This document shows positions 1 through 9,723 of a DNA stretch of 64,000 bases, one piece after another. How positions within the stretch are numbered: the stretch's first letter is position 1; every line of letters begins with the position of its first letter. This stretch comes from Nitrospina sp. (GTDB taxonomy: Bacteria > Nitrospinota > Nitrospinia > Nitrospinales > VA-1). The position numbers and the translations under genes were made by a program. The notes under the pieces are model-generated. The model saw only the letters and a program-made list of their open reading frames with translations, had not been told where the DNA came from and did not search any database. The DNA is taken from NCBI GenBank assembly GCA_018653085.1, contig JABIAY010000042.1, forward strand, positions 11,401 through 75,400, in the 5' to 3' direction.

Positions 1-381
1 TGTGTCGGCGACTTTACCTATAAAGGCATAGCGCACTCCAAAAACAGAAGCCAGATTTTGAACCAGCCTGGTGAACAATTCATTCCCTATAACCGAAGAG
101 GTGTTTTGGCTGATACAGGACAATTGATGGTAAAAGAGGTGTACTTCTTCTTCGCTCTCCTGAAGAAACTCCTGGGTTTTCCTGTTCCCTTCAATCAATG
201 TATTTAATCTTTTCATGGACGAATTCCGGGGAACCGGGTAATAGGCGGTGTTATCCGGTGGCGGGGGTTTTATGGGAGAAATTGTCGGGGTGAAGTTATC
301 CTGATCGATCTTCCCAAAGACCACTGGTTTTTTAAGGGGTAGTTTTCGAATGATTCGGAATTTCGATTCTTTCGTTCTCAT
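1..381 (-). CDS. Hypothetical signalling-type protein, N-terminal 127 aa only; the gene runs off the left edge of the window
   Basis: I translated the minus strand by hand. ATG at 381-379 is preceded by GGAGGGG. The frame stays open to base 1 (MRTKESKFRIIRKL...LVQNLASVFGVRYAFIGKVADT). The end resembles the start of a GAF/sensor domain, but the function is not established. Confidence 0.5.
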   Translation of the reverse strand, partial: MRTKESKFRIIRKLPLKKPVVFGKIDQDNFTPTISPIKPPPPDNTAYYPVPRNSSMKRLNTLIEGNRKTQEFLQESEEEVHLFYHQLSCISQNTSSVIGNELFTRLVQNLASVFGVRYAFIGKVADT

Positions 382-570
382 ATTCCCCAGCCCCTCCGTA
401 AGTCATTGTTAATATGGTCATTTTGGCGTGATCTATTATCATACACATTTTATCGGATCGCAAATAAATTTCTCTATGATCAGGGATTGAATTTCTGATA
501 ATTATTTGTAATAAAAGGCCTTCTTTTTATGTTTCTCTAGAGGTGCGCTCTAAGAAGTCTTGCTAAACTC

Positions 571-579
571 TGTTATAAT
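571..579 (+). promoter_or_regulatory. Extended -10 element TGTTATAAT upstream of the DUF1566 gene
   Basis: Perfect TGnTATAAT at 571-579. The -35 is weak. The leader to ATG 596 would be very short. Confidence 0.3.
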
Positions 580-595
580 GCGGGCAAGGGGGGTT

Positions 596-1036
596 ATGGA
601 ACGATTTACCGAGCATGGCAACGGGACTATTTCGGATGTTCGCACAGGGTTGATGTGGCAGGAAAGCTATGCCTATGTGGAAACGGGCAATAATATCAGT
701 TGGTACGATGCCGAGGAATATATTGGCAAGCTAAACCGGGGAAAACTGGGGGGCTATGACGATTGGCGTCTCCCGGGTCGGCTTGAAATTCAAAGCTTGT
801 ATGAAATCGCCAAACCTTTTGAGTCCCGGGGAAAAACATTTATACTTCATATTGACCCTGTTTTTGAATTTGGGTACGGCAGTTGTTTTTGGACCAGCAA
901 GACCCGGCTATCCGCCGCATTGGGATTCGAGTTTGACATCGGAGATATTCACTGGTATCCCAAAGGGAGTACGAAAGCTACCGTTCGGGCTGTGCGAGGC
1001 GACTGGCAACCCCGGTTACTGATCAACCACCACTAG
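596..1036 (+). CDS. DUF1566 (Lcl C-terminal domain) protein
   Basis: Motifs TGLMWQ...WYDA...DDWRLPGRLEIQSLYE. ATG 596 is preceded by AAGGGGGG at 586-593, so I prefer it over the TTG at 560. The TAG stop (1034-1036) lies inside a repeat head. Confidence 0.7.
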   Translation: MERFTEHGNGTISDVRTGLMWQESYAYVETGNNISWYDAEEYIGKLNRGKLGGYDDWRLPGRLEIQSLYEIAKPFESRGKTFILHIDPVFEFGYGSCFWTSKTRLSAALGFEFDIGDIHWYPKGSTKATVRAVRGDWQPRLLINHH

Positions 1037-1105
1037 GCGTGGGGCCAATGTGCAATGACTGTATTTGGCGAGCAAAGAGTTAGCTCGGCTTAATAAACCG
1101 TTAGG
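1030..1105 (+). repeat. CCACTAGG-family intergenic repeat, copy A (head plus one sub-repeat)
   Basis: CCACTAGGCGTGGGGCCAATGTGC...GGCGAGCAAAGAGTTAGCTCGGCTTAA. Shares head and core with copies at 35084, 38142, 51791 and 55583(rc). Confidence 0.85.
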
Positions 1106-1132
1106 GAAAATTACAGGGTAAAAGAAATCTTC

Positions 1133-1420
1133 ATGAATATGGAAGTGCAAAAATTTAAAGTTGAGAAAGCCAAGGCCCGTAAGCTTCGTCAGTCACAGTG
1201 GTGGCAGGCAAAAATCCAGGCAGGGGCTTGTCATTATTGCGGGGGCCGGTTTACGGCGGGAGAGCTGACGATGGACCATATTGTCCCCATTTCCCGTGGC
1301 GGGAAAAGTAACCGCGGGAACCTTGTGCCTGCATGCAAAAAATGTAATGTGAATAAAAAGTACTACACTCCGGCAGAGATCATCCTTCGTGAAAAGCTGG
1401 ATCAGGATATCCAGTTTTAA
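1133..1420 (+). CDS. Small HNH endonuclease
   Basis: CHYCGG...DHIVPISRGGKSNRGNLVPACKKCNVNK is an HNH/Zn-finger signature. 95 aa. Confidence 0.8.
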   Translation: MNMEVQKFKVEKAKARKLRQSQWWQAKIQAGACHYCGGRFTAGELTMDHIVPISRGGKSNRGNLVPACKKCNVNKKYYTPAEIILREKLDQDIQF

Positions 1421-1461
1421 ACTTTAACTTCCTCCGACAATAAAACGGCTTAATTTAATCA

Positions 1462-2964
1462 ATGCAGATTCTTTTTGATACGGATTGCCTGATTCAGGCA
1501 TTGGAAAACCTGGAAAATTCAGCGGTGTTAGACCTGTGCCGCCGAGAGCGTTGCAAAGGCTGGGTTTTGTCCACCTCGGTTCCTGCTCTTTTGGCAGGGG
1601 CGGGAGAGGGAGAGGTTCAATCGCTTTTGCGAAGCCTGGCTGTTTTGACTCCCACTGCTCATGATATTGGCCTGGCTCTGGCATCTGAAAAGCCGTTTGA
1701 GGTAGCACTGGTGGCGCGTCTGGTGGAGGCAAGCGGACTAGACGCGGTGGTCACACTTTCCCCCGAAAGATTTTCTGGCATGCCGGTAAATGCCATGACC
1801 CTCGGTCAGTTACAGGAAAAACTGGATGCCCCGCCTCCCCCGGTAAAGGAAGTCCGTTTGCTGGATATCACCGCCTCCTATCACCAGATATTAACTGAGG
1901 TGGAAAAGGAAATTGCGGAGACGATTCGATCGGGACAATTTATTCTTGGTGCCAAAGTTTCCCGGATGGAAGAGAGGATGGCGACTTATTGCCAGACTAA
2001 ATATGCCGTTGGTGTTTCATCCGGAACGGACGCGCTGTTGATTGCATTGATGGCTGCGGGAGTGGGTCCGGGTGATGAAGTGATCACCTCCCCCTATACT
2101 TTTTTCGCGACGGCGGGCTCCATTATTCGTGCCGGGGCCAAACCGGTTTTTGCGGATATCAATGATATTACTTTCAATATTAAACCCGAACATGTCGAGC
2201 GTTGCATTACCCCGAAGAGCAAAGCCATTATTCCGGTGCATCTTTATGGACAATGTGCGGATATGGACCCCATTCTTCAATTGGCCGAGAAACATGGTCT
2301 GCGGGTGATTGAAGATGCGGCACAGGCGATTGGCTCAGAGTACAAGAGCCGACCGGCGGGCTCGTTAGGGGATATGGGGTGCTTCTCATTTTTCCCCGCA
2401 AAAAACCTCGGCTGTTTTGGAGATGGCGGGCTGGTGACCACAAACTCTGAAGAGCTTTATAAACAATTAAAGATTCTCAGAGTGCATGGTTCGGAACCAA
2501 AATATTACCATGAAGTATTAGGCGGGAATTTTCGTCTGGACGCCCTTCAGGCCGGTGTGGTGAGTGCCAAGTTGAATTTTCTGGAAGAGTGGACGGACCA
2601 ACGAAGGAAAAATGCGCAAACTTATAACCAGCTTTTCAAAGATTCCGCGATGACCCCGTTTGTCCAACTGCCCCCTGAAGTGTTTCCCCGGCATGTTTAT
2701 AACCAGTATGTTCTCCGTGCAGGAAACCGCAGGGATGAACTGAGAACTTTCCTAAATGAAAACGGGATTGGGTGCGAAATCTATTATCCTATCCCGCTCC
2801 ACCTGCAGGACTGTTTCAAATCACTGGGTTACAAAAGTGGTGACTTTTCTGAGTCGGAAAAAGCCGCGAAGCAAACGCTGGCACTTCCCATCTCTCATGA
2901 AGTAGATCGAAGACAGCAGGAATATGTTGTTGAAACGATCCAACGGTTTTTTCTGGGAAAGTGA
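1462..2964 (+). CDS. DegT/DnrJ/EryC1/StrS-family PLP aminotransferase with an N-terminal PIN-like extension of about 130 aa
   Basis: C-terminal roughly 370 aa: GAKVSRMEE...VSSGTDALLIALMA...VITSPYTFFATA...DAAQAIGS...FFPAKNLG. N-terminus: ILFDTDCLI...GLDAVVTLSPERF has a PIN-like layout. Confidence 0.8.
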   Translation: MQILFDTDCLIQALENLENSAVLDLCRRERCKGWVLSTSVPALLAGAGEGEVQSLLRSLAVLTPTAHDIGLALASEKPFEVALVARLVEASGLDAVVTLSPERFSGMPVNAMTLGQLQEKLDAPPPPVKEVRLLDITASYHQILTEVEKEIAETIRSGQFILGAKVSRMEERMATYCQTKYAVGVSSGTDALLIALMAAGVGPGDEVITSPYTFFATAGSIIRAGAKPVFADINDITFNIKPEHVERCITPKSKAIIPVHLYGQCADMDPILQLAEKHGLRVIEDAAQAIGSEYKSRPAGSLGDMGCFSFFPAKNLGCFGDGGLVTTNSEELYKQLKILRVHGSEPKYYHEVLGGNFRLDALQAGVVSAKLNFLEEWTDQRRKNAQTYNQLFKDSAMTPFVQLPPEVFPRHVYNQYVLRAGNRRDELRTFLNENGIGCEIYYPIPLHLQDCFKSLGYKSGDFSESEKAAKQTLALPISHEVDRRQQEYVVETIQRFFLGK

Positions 2965-2977
2965 ACCCGATACCAGT

Positions 2978-3571
2978 TCAAAACAAGTGCCGAATTTCTT
3001 CCTCTGGAGGTTTTTCCCTGGGTGCATGAACCTGGTTTTCGCAAACCATAATGATGTGGAATCCCAGTTTTGTTTGGACAGGTTCCGGAAGCTTGAATTT
3101 TTCCGTTTTCATTATGATATCGATCAACTCCTGATTCATCGTTTGTGAGGCTATTTCCATTTCCTGATAAACCCAGCCCAGCGAACCGCCTAACGCCTTG
3201 CTTACGCAAATGCTGTATTTTTTAGCCAGCCGTATAAAAAATTTCTCCACTTTTTCCCAGTCATGATAAGCCTTGTCAGGGTCCTCAATTTCCAGTTGTG
3301 CCAGTTCCTTCTGGTAATCGACAAGGGTTTCCCAAATCATTTTTGCAGACTCCATGGAAGTCATGCGAATGTTTCTCACGCGATGTTCCATGGGCTTGTC
3401 GGTAGTAAAAGTCTTTTTCTTTGCGACAAAAGCCTTTTTGATTTTTGGCTTGGGTTTAGCGGGGGCTCTAGGACCGTCTTCCGCAGGTTGGCGCTCCTTT
3501 GCGGTTTTGTCCCGTTCGTAGATGGTCTTTTCGGGTTCCTGGGGTTGTTCGATTTCAGACATGGCAATCAA
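2978..3571 (-). CDS. Parvulin (PpiC-type) peptidyl-prolyl isomerase with a Lys/Pro-rich N-terminus
   Basis: LAKKYSICVSKALGGSLGWVY...PVQTKLGFHIIMV matches the parvulin rotamase signature. Confidence 0.65.
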   Translation of the reverse strand: MIAMSEIEQPQEPEKTIYERDKTAKERQPAEDGPRAPAKPKPKIKKAFVAKKKTFTTDKPMEHRVRNIRMTSMESAKMIWETLVDYQKELAQLEIEDPDKAYHDWEKVEKFFIRLAKKYSICVSKALGGSLGWVYQEMEIASQTMNQELIDIIMKTEKFKLPEPVQTKLGFHIIMVCENQVHAPREKPPEEEIRHLF

Positions 3572-3619
3572 GGTTGTTTTGAAAATGGATTGTATCTGTG
3601 AAGTTTAATTTGAATGGGT

Positions 3620-4462
3620 TCATTTTTCAAGAAATATAAACTCAAGGTATTGCAGGACAGCTCCATGGGAATTGCTTCCGATGACTTCGTGGGCAGATTC
3701 TTTCACTTCCGGCAGAGCATTTTCTACAGCAATGGCGCGGCCTGCGACCTGAAACATGTCCAGATCATTTAAATAATCTCCGAATACGACAATCCGTTCC
3801 AGGGGAATCTCCAGTTTCCGGGCGAGGATTTCTAACATATTTCCTTTGCTGGCCTCCTGATGGAAGGATTGGAGCCAGTAATAACCTTTCATGGATACGT
3901 CTTCGGCAAAATATAAATTGAGATGGTCAAAATGCTTTTCCTGAAGTGACCGGTAGATGGGTTCCAGACGGTCATGTGTGTCGATCAATAAAAATCCGGA
4001 AATCTTTTCCTCTTCTTGAAACTCAAAATGTTTGACTTGGCTAAGTCTTCCGTCACCTTCCAGGCTCTTGACATAGGCCTGGGAACCGGGGTTGGTAGCG
4101 TTCTGATAATAGAGTTTATGCTTTTCTCCAAACGTATAGATAAAGGGATCGATGCCCTGGGGCAAGGCCAATTTGAGCATACTTTCTACAACTGTTTTTT
4201 CAATGGAGTGGGAATGTTCCAAAATACGCCCGTTGTTGAAATCGACGAGGTAAACACCATTGAAGAGAATGACCGGCAAGTTCAGGTTCAATCCATTTAA
4301 AATCGGGTGCGCGGAATCGTAGTTTCGGGCGGTTGCGATGGTGAAGCGCATTCCCATGTCGATCAACCGGTTGAGACGTCTCTTGTAATCTTCCGGGAAT
4401 GAGCCATCGGACAGTAACAAGGTACCGTCCAGATCAGAAACATATAAAAGATCTTTATCCAT
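3620..4462 (-). CDS. HAD-IIB (Cof-type) phosphatase
   Basis: DLDGTLL motif I, TIATAR, and GDYLNDLDMF motif IV. I set the start at ATG 4462 (MDKDLLYVSDLDGT), which removes the overlap with the divergent gene. Confidence 0.8.
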   Translation of the reverse strand: MDKDLLYVSDLDGTLLLSDGSFPEDYKRRLNRLIDMGMRFTIATARNYDSAHPILNGLNLNLPVILFNGVYLVDFNNGRILEHSHSIEKTVVESMLKLALPQGIDPFIYTFGEKHKLYYQNATNPGSQAYVKSLEGDGRLSQVKHFEFQEEEKISGFLLIDTHDRLEPIYRSLQEKHFDHLNLYFAEDVSMKGYYWLQSFHQEASKGNMLEILARKLEIPLERIVVFGDYLNDLDMFQVAGRAIAVENALPEVKESAHEVIGSNSHGAVLQYLEFIFLEK

Positions 4463-4476
4463 GCATGAGAGCCTGC

Positions 4477-4504
4477 TTGTAAGGAATCGTTTTGGCAGTA
4501 TACT
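4477..4504 (+). promoter_or_regulatory. Candidate sigma70-type promoter for the DUF547 gene
   Basis: TTGTAA (4477-4482), 16-nt spacer, TATACT (4499-4504). Confidence 0.4.
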
Positions 4505-4553
4505 AAATGGAGTCACTATTTGTTTAACCCATTCGTGAAAAAGGTTGATGTTC

Positions 4554-5321
4554 ATGAAAAATAAAGGTCGGTACCTGCAATCTGCTGTTTTGGCAGTATT
4601 TTTTATTTTTTGTCCCAACAGTGAGGCCTTTGATTTTTCTGACTGGGATACTCTGGTTAAAAAATATGTTGCACCTGAAACATTGGAAGGGATTCGGCTT
4701 CACGCTGTCGATTATGCCGGTTTAAAAAAGGATACTGTCTTCTCCGGTCTGGTTGCCAGGCTGGAGGCTTACAATCCGGCGAGTTTGGAATCGCATGAGT
4801 CCAAGCTGTCTTTCTGGATCAATGTCTATAATATTCTGGCGGCAAAAATGATCACCGACCATTATCCGGTAGAGAGTATCAAGGATGTGGGAAGTTTTTT
4901 TAATCCGGTCTGGAAACGGGTGGCGGGTGCGGTGGGGGGTGAAGAGCGCACTCTCAACGATATTGAGCATGAAATTCTCAGGAAAATGAATGAGCCCCGT
5001 ATTCATGTGGCCATCGTTTGCGCTTCCATCAGTTGTCCCGATCTTCGCCGGGAAGCTTATTCGGCAGGAAAGTTGAATGAGCAGTTGGACGATCAGATGG
5101 AAAAGTTTTTGCGGTCCCCGGGAAAAGGCATGAGACTGGATGAGCGGAAAAACAGGGTCTATCTTTCAGCGATATTCAAATGGTTTGCGGAGGATTTTGA
5201 GAGCCGTGGGGGTGTTCTGAAATATATTGCCCGGTATGTCAGAGCAGAGGAAAGAAAGTTTTTGAGCAATTCTGAAATTAAAATTTCTTATCTGGACTAC
5301 AACTGGAAGGTGAACCGCTAG
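4554..5321 (+). CDS. DUF547 domain protein, secreted
   Basis: SFWINVYN...IHVAIVCASISCPDL is the DUF547 core. N-terminal signal peptide MKNKGRYLQSAVLAVFFIFCPNSEA. ATG 4554 lies 9 nt after AAGG. The TAG stop lies in a degenerate repeat head. Confidence 0.75.
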   Translation: MKNKGRYLQSAVLAVFFIFCPNSEAFDFSDWDTLVKKYVAPETLEGIRLHAVDYAGLKKDTVFSGLVARLEAYNPASLESHESKLSFWINVYNILAAKMITDHYPVESIKDVGSFFNPVWKRVAGAVGGEERTLNDIEHEILRKMNEPRIHVAIVCASISCPDLRREAYSAGKLNEQLDDQMEKFLRSPGKGMRLDERKNRVYLSAIFKWFAEDFESRGGVLKYIARYVRAEERKFLSNSEIKISYLDYNWKVNR

Positions 5322-5388
5322 GTGCGGGCCAGTGCTTTCTCTGACTGCACAAAGAGTTGACTCGGCTTAAAGAGGGGTTCTAAATCAC
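5315..5388 (+). repeat. CCACTAGG-family repeat, degenerate copy
   Basis: CCGCTAGGTGCGGGCCAGTGC...CACAAAGAGTTGACTCGGCTTAAAGAGG aligns with the family consensus. Confidence 0.6.
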
Positions 5389-5393
5389 CCCAG

Positions 5394-5444
5394 CCCCTCT
5401 TTGAAAAGAGGGGTCGATTAAATCTCCCCCTTCTACGAAGGGGG
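5394..5444. other. Two GC-rich hairpins between convergent genes (DUF547 gene and ftsZ); possible weak bidirectional terminators
   Basis: CCCCTCTT-TGAA-AAGAGGGG (5394-5413) and CCCCCTT-CTACG-AAGGGGG (5426-5444). Neither has a clean U-tract directly after the stem. Confidence 0.35.
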
Positions 5445-5479
5445 TTGGGGGGATTTGGTTTTCGGTTGTTGAACTACTA

Positions 5480-6643
5480 TCAGTCCGCGTGTTTGCGGAG
5501 AAATGTTGGAATATCAAAGTTTGAGGTCAGGCTTCCCGGGTCAGGATTTTCTTCCTTAATTGTGGAAGCCAGGGATTTTAAATGTTTGAAAGACGTTGGC
5601 CCTGAATCTTCTTCAGAGACTGTGTCTCCCCCGACCACTTTTTTCAAAGCAGGTCTTTCCGGATGTCTTATTGCTGTGTCCATATCCTCAAATCCAGTGG
5701 CGATGACAGTTACCCGCATCTCCCCTTCCATTTGCTTGTCGATCACTGCTCCGAATATGATATGAGCATCCTCATGGGCGTTTTCCTGAATCAGCATGGA
5801 AGCCTCGTTGACTTCCAGCAGGGTGAGGTCTTCACCGCCGGTGATGTTGATCAGGATTCCCTTTGCGCCGTCTACCGTTGCTTCATCCAGTAAAGGACTG
5901 GAGATGGCTTTCTGTGCCGCTTCAACAGCGCGCATATCTCCGGTGGCAGTTCCGCTACCCATCAGGGCTTTACCCATGTCACCCATAATGCATTTGACAT
6001 CGGCAAAGTCGAGGTTGATAAGGCCAGGTGTTACAATCAGGTCAGAGATACTGCAGACCGCCTGTTTCAAAACATCATCTACCATTGCAAACGCACCTGT
6101 GAATGAAGTTTGCTTGCCGACATAACTGAGAAGTTTCTGGTTGGGTATGACAATCAAAGTGTCAACCGCTTCCTTGAGCTCCTGAATTCCTTCTTCTGCC
6201 TGCCTCATTCGACGTTTACCCTCAAACGCAAAGGGTTTGGTAACCACGCCTACTGTCAGGGCTCCCGCTTCCTTGGCGATACGCGCAATGATGGGTGCGG
6301 CACCGGTACCTGTTCCACCACCCATACCAGCGGTGATGAAAGCCATATCCGCACCTTCCAACATTTCGCGAATGGTCGCCTCGCTCTCTTCGGCGGCATC
6401 TCTTCCAATTTCCGGATTGGAACCTGCACCGAGGCCACGGGTCAGTTCTCCGCCAATCTGAATTTTCCCCGGGCATTCGGACTTTTCAATCGTTTGCAGA
6501 TCGGTATTGGCGATAATAAACTCCACGCCACGAAGATTATCCCGGACCATGGAATTGACGGCATTATTGCCCCCCCCTCCTACACCAACGACCTTGATAG
6601 TTGCTGAGTAATCATTTTCGTTGTCAAATTCTATTAGACTCAT
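5480..6643 (-). CDS. ftsZ: Cell division GTPase FtsZ
   Basis: [11 protein letters not shown] and [12 protein letters not shown] tubulin signature motifs. Last gene of the dcw cluster. Confidence 0.98.
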   Translation of the reverse strand: MSLIEFDNENDYSATIKVVGVGGGGNNAVNSMVRDNLRGVEFIIANTDLQTIEKSECPGKIQIGGELTRGLGAGSNPEIGRDAAEESEATIREMLEGADMAFITAGMGGGTGTGAAPIIARIAKEAGALTVGVVTKPFAFEGKRRMRQAEEGIQELKEAVDTLIVIPNQKLLSYVGKQTSFTGAFAMVDDVLKQAVCSISDLIVTPGLINLDFADVKCIMGDMGKALMGSGTATGDMRAVEAAQKAISSPLLDEATVDGAKGILINITGGEDLTLLEVNEASMLIQENAHEDAHIIFGAVIDKQMEGEMRVTVIATGFEDMDTAIRHPERPALKKVVGGDTVSEEDSGPTSFKHLKSLASTIKEENPDPGSLTSNFDIPTFLRKHAD

Positions 6644-6658
6644 TTTACCCTCCAGGTG

Positions 6659-7891
6659 TTAAAAAAATTCATCTGCCCAATCTTTCATACGTGTAAAAAT
6701 TTTGTCGAACAGGTTCCTTCCTTGAAGTTCCCGGTTCTTTCCTGTCTGAAATCTTTTGGATCCGTACTGGATCAGTCCCGTACAGGTGGCATACATGGGG
6801 TTGTTCACTACATCGATCAGCCCTCCAAGACCAATGGGTGTTCCCACGCGTACGGGGGATTGGAAAACGTCCTCTGCCAATTCGGCCATGCCCTGCATGC
6901 TTGATGCTCCGCCTGTCAGGACAATTCCCGAAGAAATGATTTCCCGGTAGCCAGACTCGTTTACTTCATGATCCAGCAGTTCAAACATTTCCCGGGTTCT
7001 GGCCTCAATGATTTCGCTGAGAATCTGGCGTGGAACCGTTCGTGGTTCCCGTCCTCCGACACTCGGCGCCTCAATATTTTCCCCTTCGGAAACCAGAGGG
7101 GTGTAGGCGCATCCATAGGAATGTTTGATTTTTTCTGCTTCTGCATTTGGGGTGCGAAGGCCAATGGCGATATCATTCGTCATCTGGGCACCGGCAATAG
7201 TCAAAACTGCTGTATGTTTGATGGCTCCCTGATAAAAAATAGCCAAATCAGAAGTTCCTCCACCGATGTCAATCATGCCAACGCCTAACTCTCTTTCATC
7301 CTGAGAGAGAACGGATTCGCTGGAAGCCAGTTGCTCCAGCACAATGTCTTGAACTCCCAGACCAGCCTTATTGACACATTTGACAATGTTTTGGGCTGAA
7401 GTCACAGCGGCAGTAACGATATGAACCTTGGCTTCAAGCCGGACTCCTGCCATGCCCAGAGGAGTTTTGATTCCGTCCTGATTGTCGACAATATATTCCT
7501 GGGGAAGAACGTGTATGACTTCCCGGTCAAGAGGGATGGCAATAGCTTTAGCCGCTTCAATGACGCGGTCAATATCTGCCTGTGTGATTTCTTTTCCCTT
7601 GACCGCGATGATGCCATGACTGTTCATGCTGTTAATATGGCCTCCGGCAATACCCACAAAAACAGAATCGATTTCGCATCCCGCCATCAATTCAGCCTCC
7701 TCAACAGCACTTTTTATAGATTCCACTGTGCTGTCGATGTTTATGACTACTCCTTTGCGCAAGCCTCTTGATGGGTATTGGCCCAGTCCGATGATATCTA
7801 TTTTTTCATCATCAATGACCTCTCCGATGATGCAACAGATTTTAGTCGTTCCAATATCCAGGCCGACAATATAATCATTTTTTTTGGCCAT
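6659..7891 (-). CDS. ftsA: Cell division protein FtsA
   Basis: Actin-like ATPase motifs (VGLDIGTTKI, DIGGGTSD). Position between ftsQ and ftsZ. An alternative start 9 nt upstream (7900) is possible. Confidence 0.95.
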   Translation of the reverse strand: MAKKNDYIVGLDIGTTKICCIIGEVIDDEKIDIIGLGQYPSRGLRKGVVINIDSTVESIKSAVEEAELMAGCEIDSVFVGIAGGHINSMNSHGIIAVKGKEITQADIDRVIEAAKAIAIPLDREVIHVLPQEYIVDNQDGIKTPLGMAGVRLEAKVHIVTAAVTSAQNIVKCVNKAGLGVQDIVLEQLASSESVLSQDERELGVGMIDIGGGTSDLAIFYQGAIKHTAVLTIAGAQMTNDIAIGLRTPNAEAEKIKHSYGCAYTPLVSEGENIEAPSVGGREPRTVPRQILSEIIEARTREMFELLDHEVNESGYREIISSGIVLTGGASSMQGMAELAEDVFQSPVRVGTPIGLGGLIDVVNNPMYATCTGLIQYGSKRFQTGKNRELQGRNLFDKIFTRMKDWADEFF

Positions 7892-7906
7892 GCGTCCCAT
7901 CTCCTC

Positions 7907-8803
7907 CTAGTTGGTTGGTGTCTTCATGGATGTTGAGTGGGCGAGGGTTCGATCCCTGACCACGACTTGATCCCTGAATGATAAGTCGATCATCTGGATT
8001 TTGGCGGTGTCATCTTCCAGAGTATCGAGGACAATCATAAGTTTTTTGAATCCTTCTGTTAGCGTCTCCATGGACATTTGGATTTGAAGATCACGGTTGC
8101 GAGTAAAAAACACGATTCTCGAGTGCCCCTTTAGTTCGGCGGTGTCCAGAGGGTTTTTTTCAAAAAAAGAAAGTTTGTTGAAATAATGCATTGTCTTGAG
8201 ACTTTGAATGACACTCGCCCCGGAAAAGTTCTCAGGTTTCACACCCGGTTGTACGATCAATGGCAAATTGCGGTACTCAGGTTTTTCTTCTGACAGAACC
8301 ACTCCAAAGTTATCCATCAAAAATACTTTTTCGAATTTGATTCGGGCGTAAGGAACACGTTCGATCAATTCGATTTGAATTTCCTGGGGAAATTTTCTCT
8401 GAACAGATGCGGAAAGGACCCAAGGGTGTTCCGCAAGCCTTTCGGATGCCTTGGACAGGTCATACGCAAAAAGGTTTTCCCCATGAACCTGCCCCAGCCA
8501 CTCCAAAATCTGGTTTTCCTGCAGAGCCTGATTGCCGCTAAACGTGACATCAGTGACTTGAAACCGGGGATCGGAAGTCAAAAAATTATAGCTTGCATAG
8601 AATAAATAAATGACGACTCCCGCCAGAAAAAGCTTTGAGCCCAGTTCAAATAATATTCTTGCCCAGGAAAAATCGCGGCCCGATGTTTTTGCCGGTGCCT
8701 TCTTGCTCAGATCACCGCCGCGCCTTTGCTTTTTCTTTCTTTCGGAGCGAAGGTCCTCCCACGCTATAGAGGGGCTCTTTTGACCTATGATTGCAAAATC
8801 CAT
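7907..8803 (-). CDS. ftsQ: Cell division protein FtsQ (POTRA domain)
   Basis: Single TM helix followed by a POTRA-like region. Conserved position between ddl and ftsA. Confidence 0.85.
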   Translation of the reverse strand: MDFAIIGQKSPSIAWEDLRSERKKKQRRGGDLSKKAPAKTSGRDFSWARILFELGSKLFLAGVVIYLFYASYNFLTSDPRFQVTDVTFSGNQALQENQILEWLGQVHGENLFAYDLSKASERLAEHPWVLSASVQRKFPQEIQIELIERVPYARIKFEKVFLMDNFGVVLSEEKPEYRNLPLIVQPGVKPENFSGASVIQSLKTMHYFNKLSFFEKNPLDTAELKGHSRIVFFTRNRDLQIQMSMETLTEGFKKLMIVLDTLEDDTAKIQMIDLSFRDQVVVRDRTLAHSTSMKTPTN

Positions 8804-8805
8804 AA

Positions 8806-9723
8806 CTACTCTGTGTAATCCAGTTTGGCAGTTTTTAATATTTCAACGACTAAATCATCAAACTCCAGGCCCATCTTCTGTGCCGCCATTGGCAGAAGGC
8901 TGGTGGGGGTCATCCCGGGAATGGTATTCATCTCCAGTACCTGGGGTGTTCCTTCCTGATCCAGAATGACATCCACACGCGGGAAACCTCTTCCCCGTAA
9001 CACCTGGAATACCTGTTTCGCGACTTGCCTGCATCGGGCCGTTTCGTTTTCTGTAAGCTCGGCAGGGCAGACATATTCCGTTTTCCCAGAGGTGTATTTT
9101 GCCTCGTAATCATAGAAGCCGGACTTGGGACGGATATGAACAATAGGCATGGGTTCCATTTCATTCATTCCAATTGCCAGAAGTTTTCCTGCAATAAACT
9201 TTTCAACAATGACTTCTTCCGAATAAGCGAATGCGGTTTCCAATGCAGGTTCCCATTCGCTTTCATTCTCGACGATGGTTATCCCCAGGCTCGATCCCTG
9301 ATTGGTTGGCTTGACGACTACAGGAAGATCCAGAGTCCGGCATATTTTTTGGTTTCTATAGAACACTTCGTAATCGGCTGTGGGTATTCCATGAAATTTT
9401 AAAATCTCTTTGGATTTTAATTTGTCATAAGCCAGGGCACTGCCCATGACTCCTGATGCTGTGTAAGGAATTTTGAAATATTCAAGTAGACCTTGAATGC
9501 ATCCGTCTTCCCCAAAGGTCCCATGCAAGGCGATGAAAGCCAGGTCAATCGGGTTCGACTGTAGCGTTTTCCCAATGTTATGGTCGACTTGAATCGGCAC
9601 AACGATCAATCCTTTCCTTTTGATGGCCGCAATCACCGAGTTTCCGGTGACGATTGAGACATCCCGCTCGGGGGAGAGTCCTCCCATGAGCACTCCAATA
9701 GTTTTATCTTTTAAATTATCCAA
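8806..9723 (-). CDS. ddl: D-alanine--D-alanine ligase
   Basis: GGLSPERDVSI...HGTFGEDGCIQGLLE...ATP-grasp...EMNTIPGMT. TTG start. Confidence 0.95.
   Translation of the reverse strand: MDNLKDKTIGVLMGGLSPERDVSIVTGNSVIAAIKRKGLIVVPIQVDHNIGKTLQSNPIDLAFIALHGTFGEDGCIQGLLEYFKIPYTASGVMGSALAYDKLKSKEILKFHGIPTADYEVFYRNQKICRTLDLPVVVKPTNQGSSLGITIVENESEWEPALETAFAYSEEVIVEKFIAGKLLAIGMNEMEPMPIVHIRPKSGFYDYEAKYTSGKTEYVCPAELTENETARCRQVAKQVFQVLRGRGFPRVDVILDQEGTPQVLEMNTIPGMTPTSLLPMAAQKMGLEFDDLVVEILKTAKLDYTE

Noticed and set aside
560-595. TTG 560 and ATG 578 as starts of the DUF1566 gene
   Set aside because: ATG 596 has the only good Shine-Dalgarno sequence (AAGGGGGG), and the candidate -10 lies at 574-579. Earlier starts would therefore lie upstream of the transcript.
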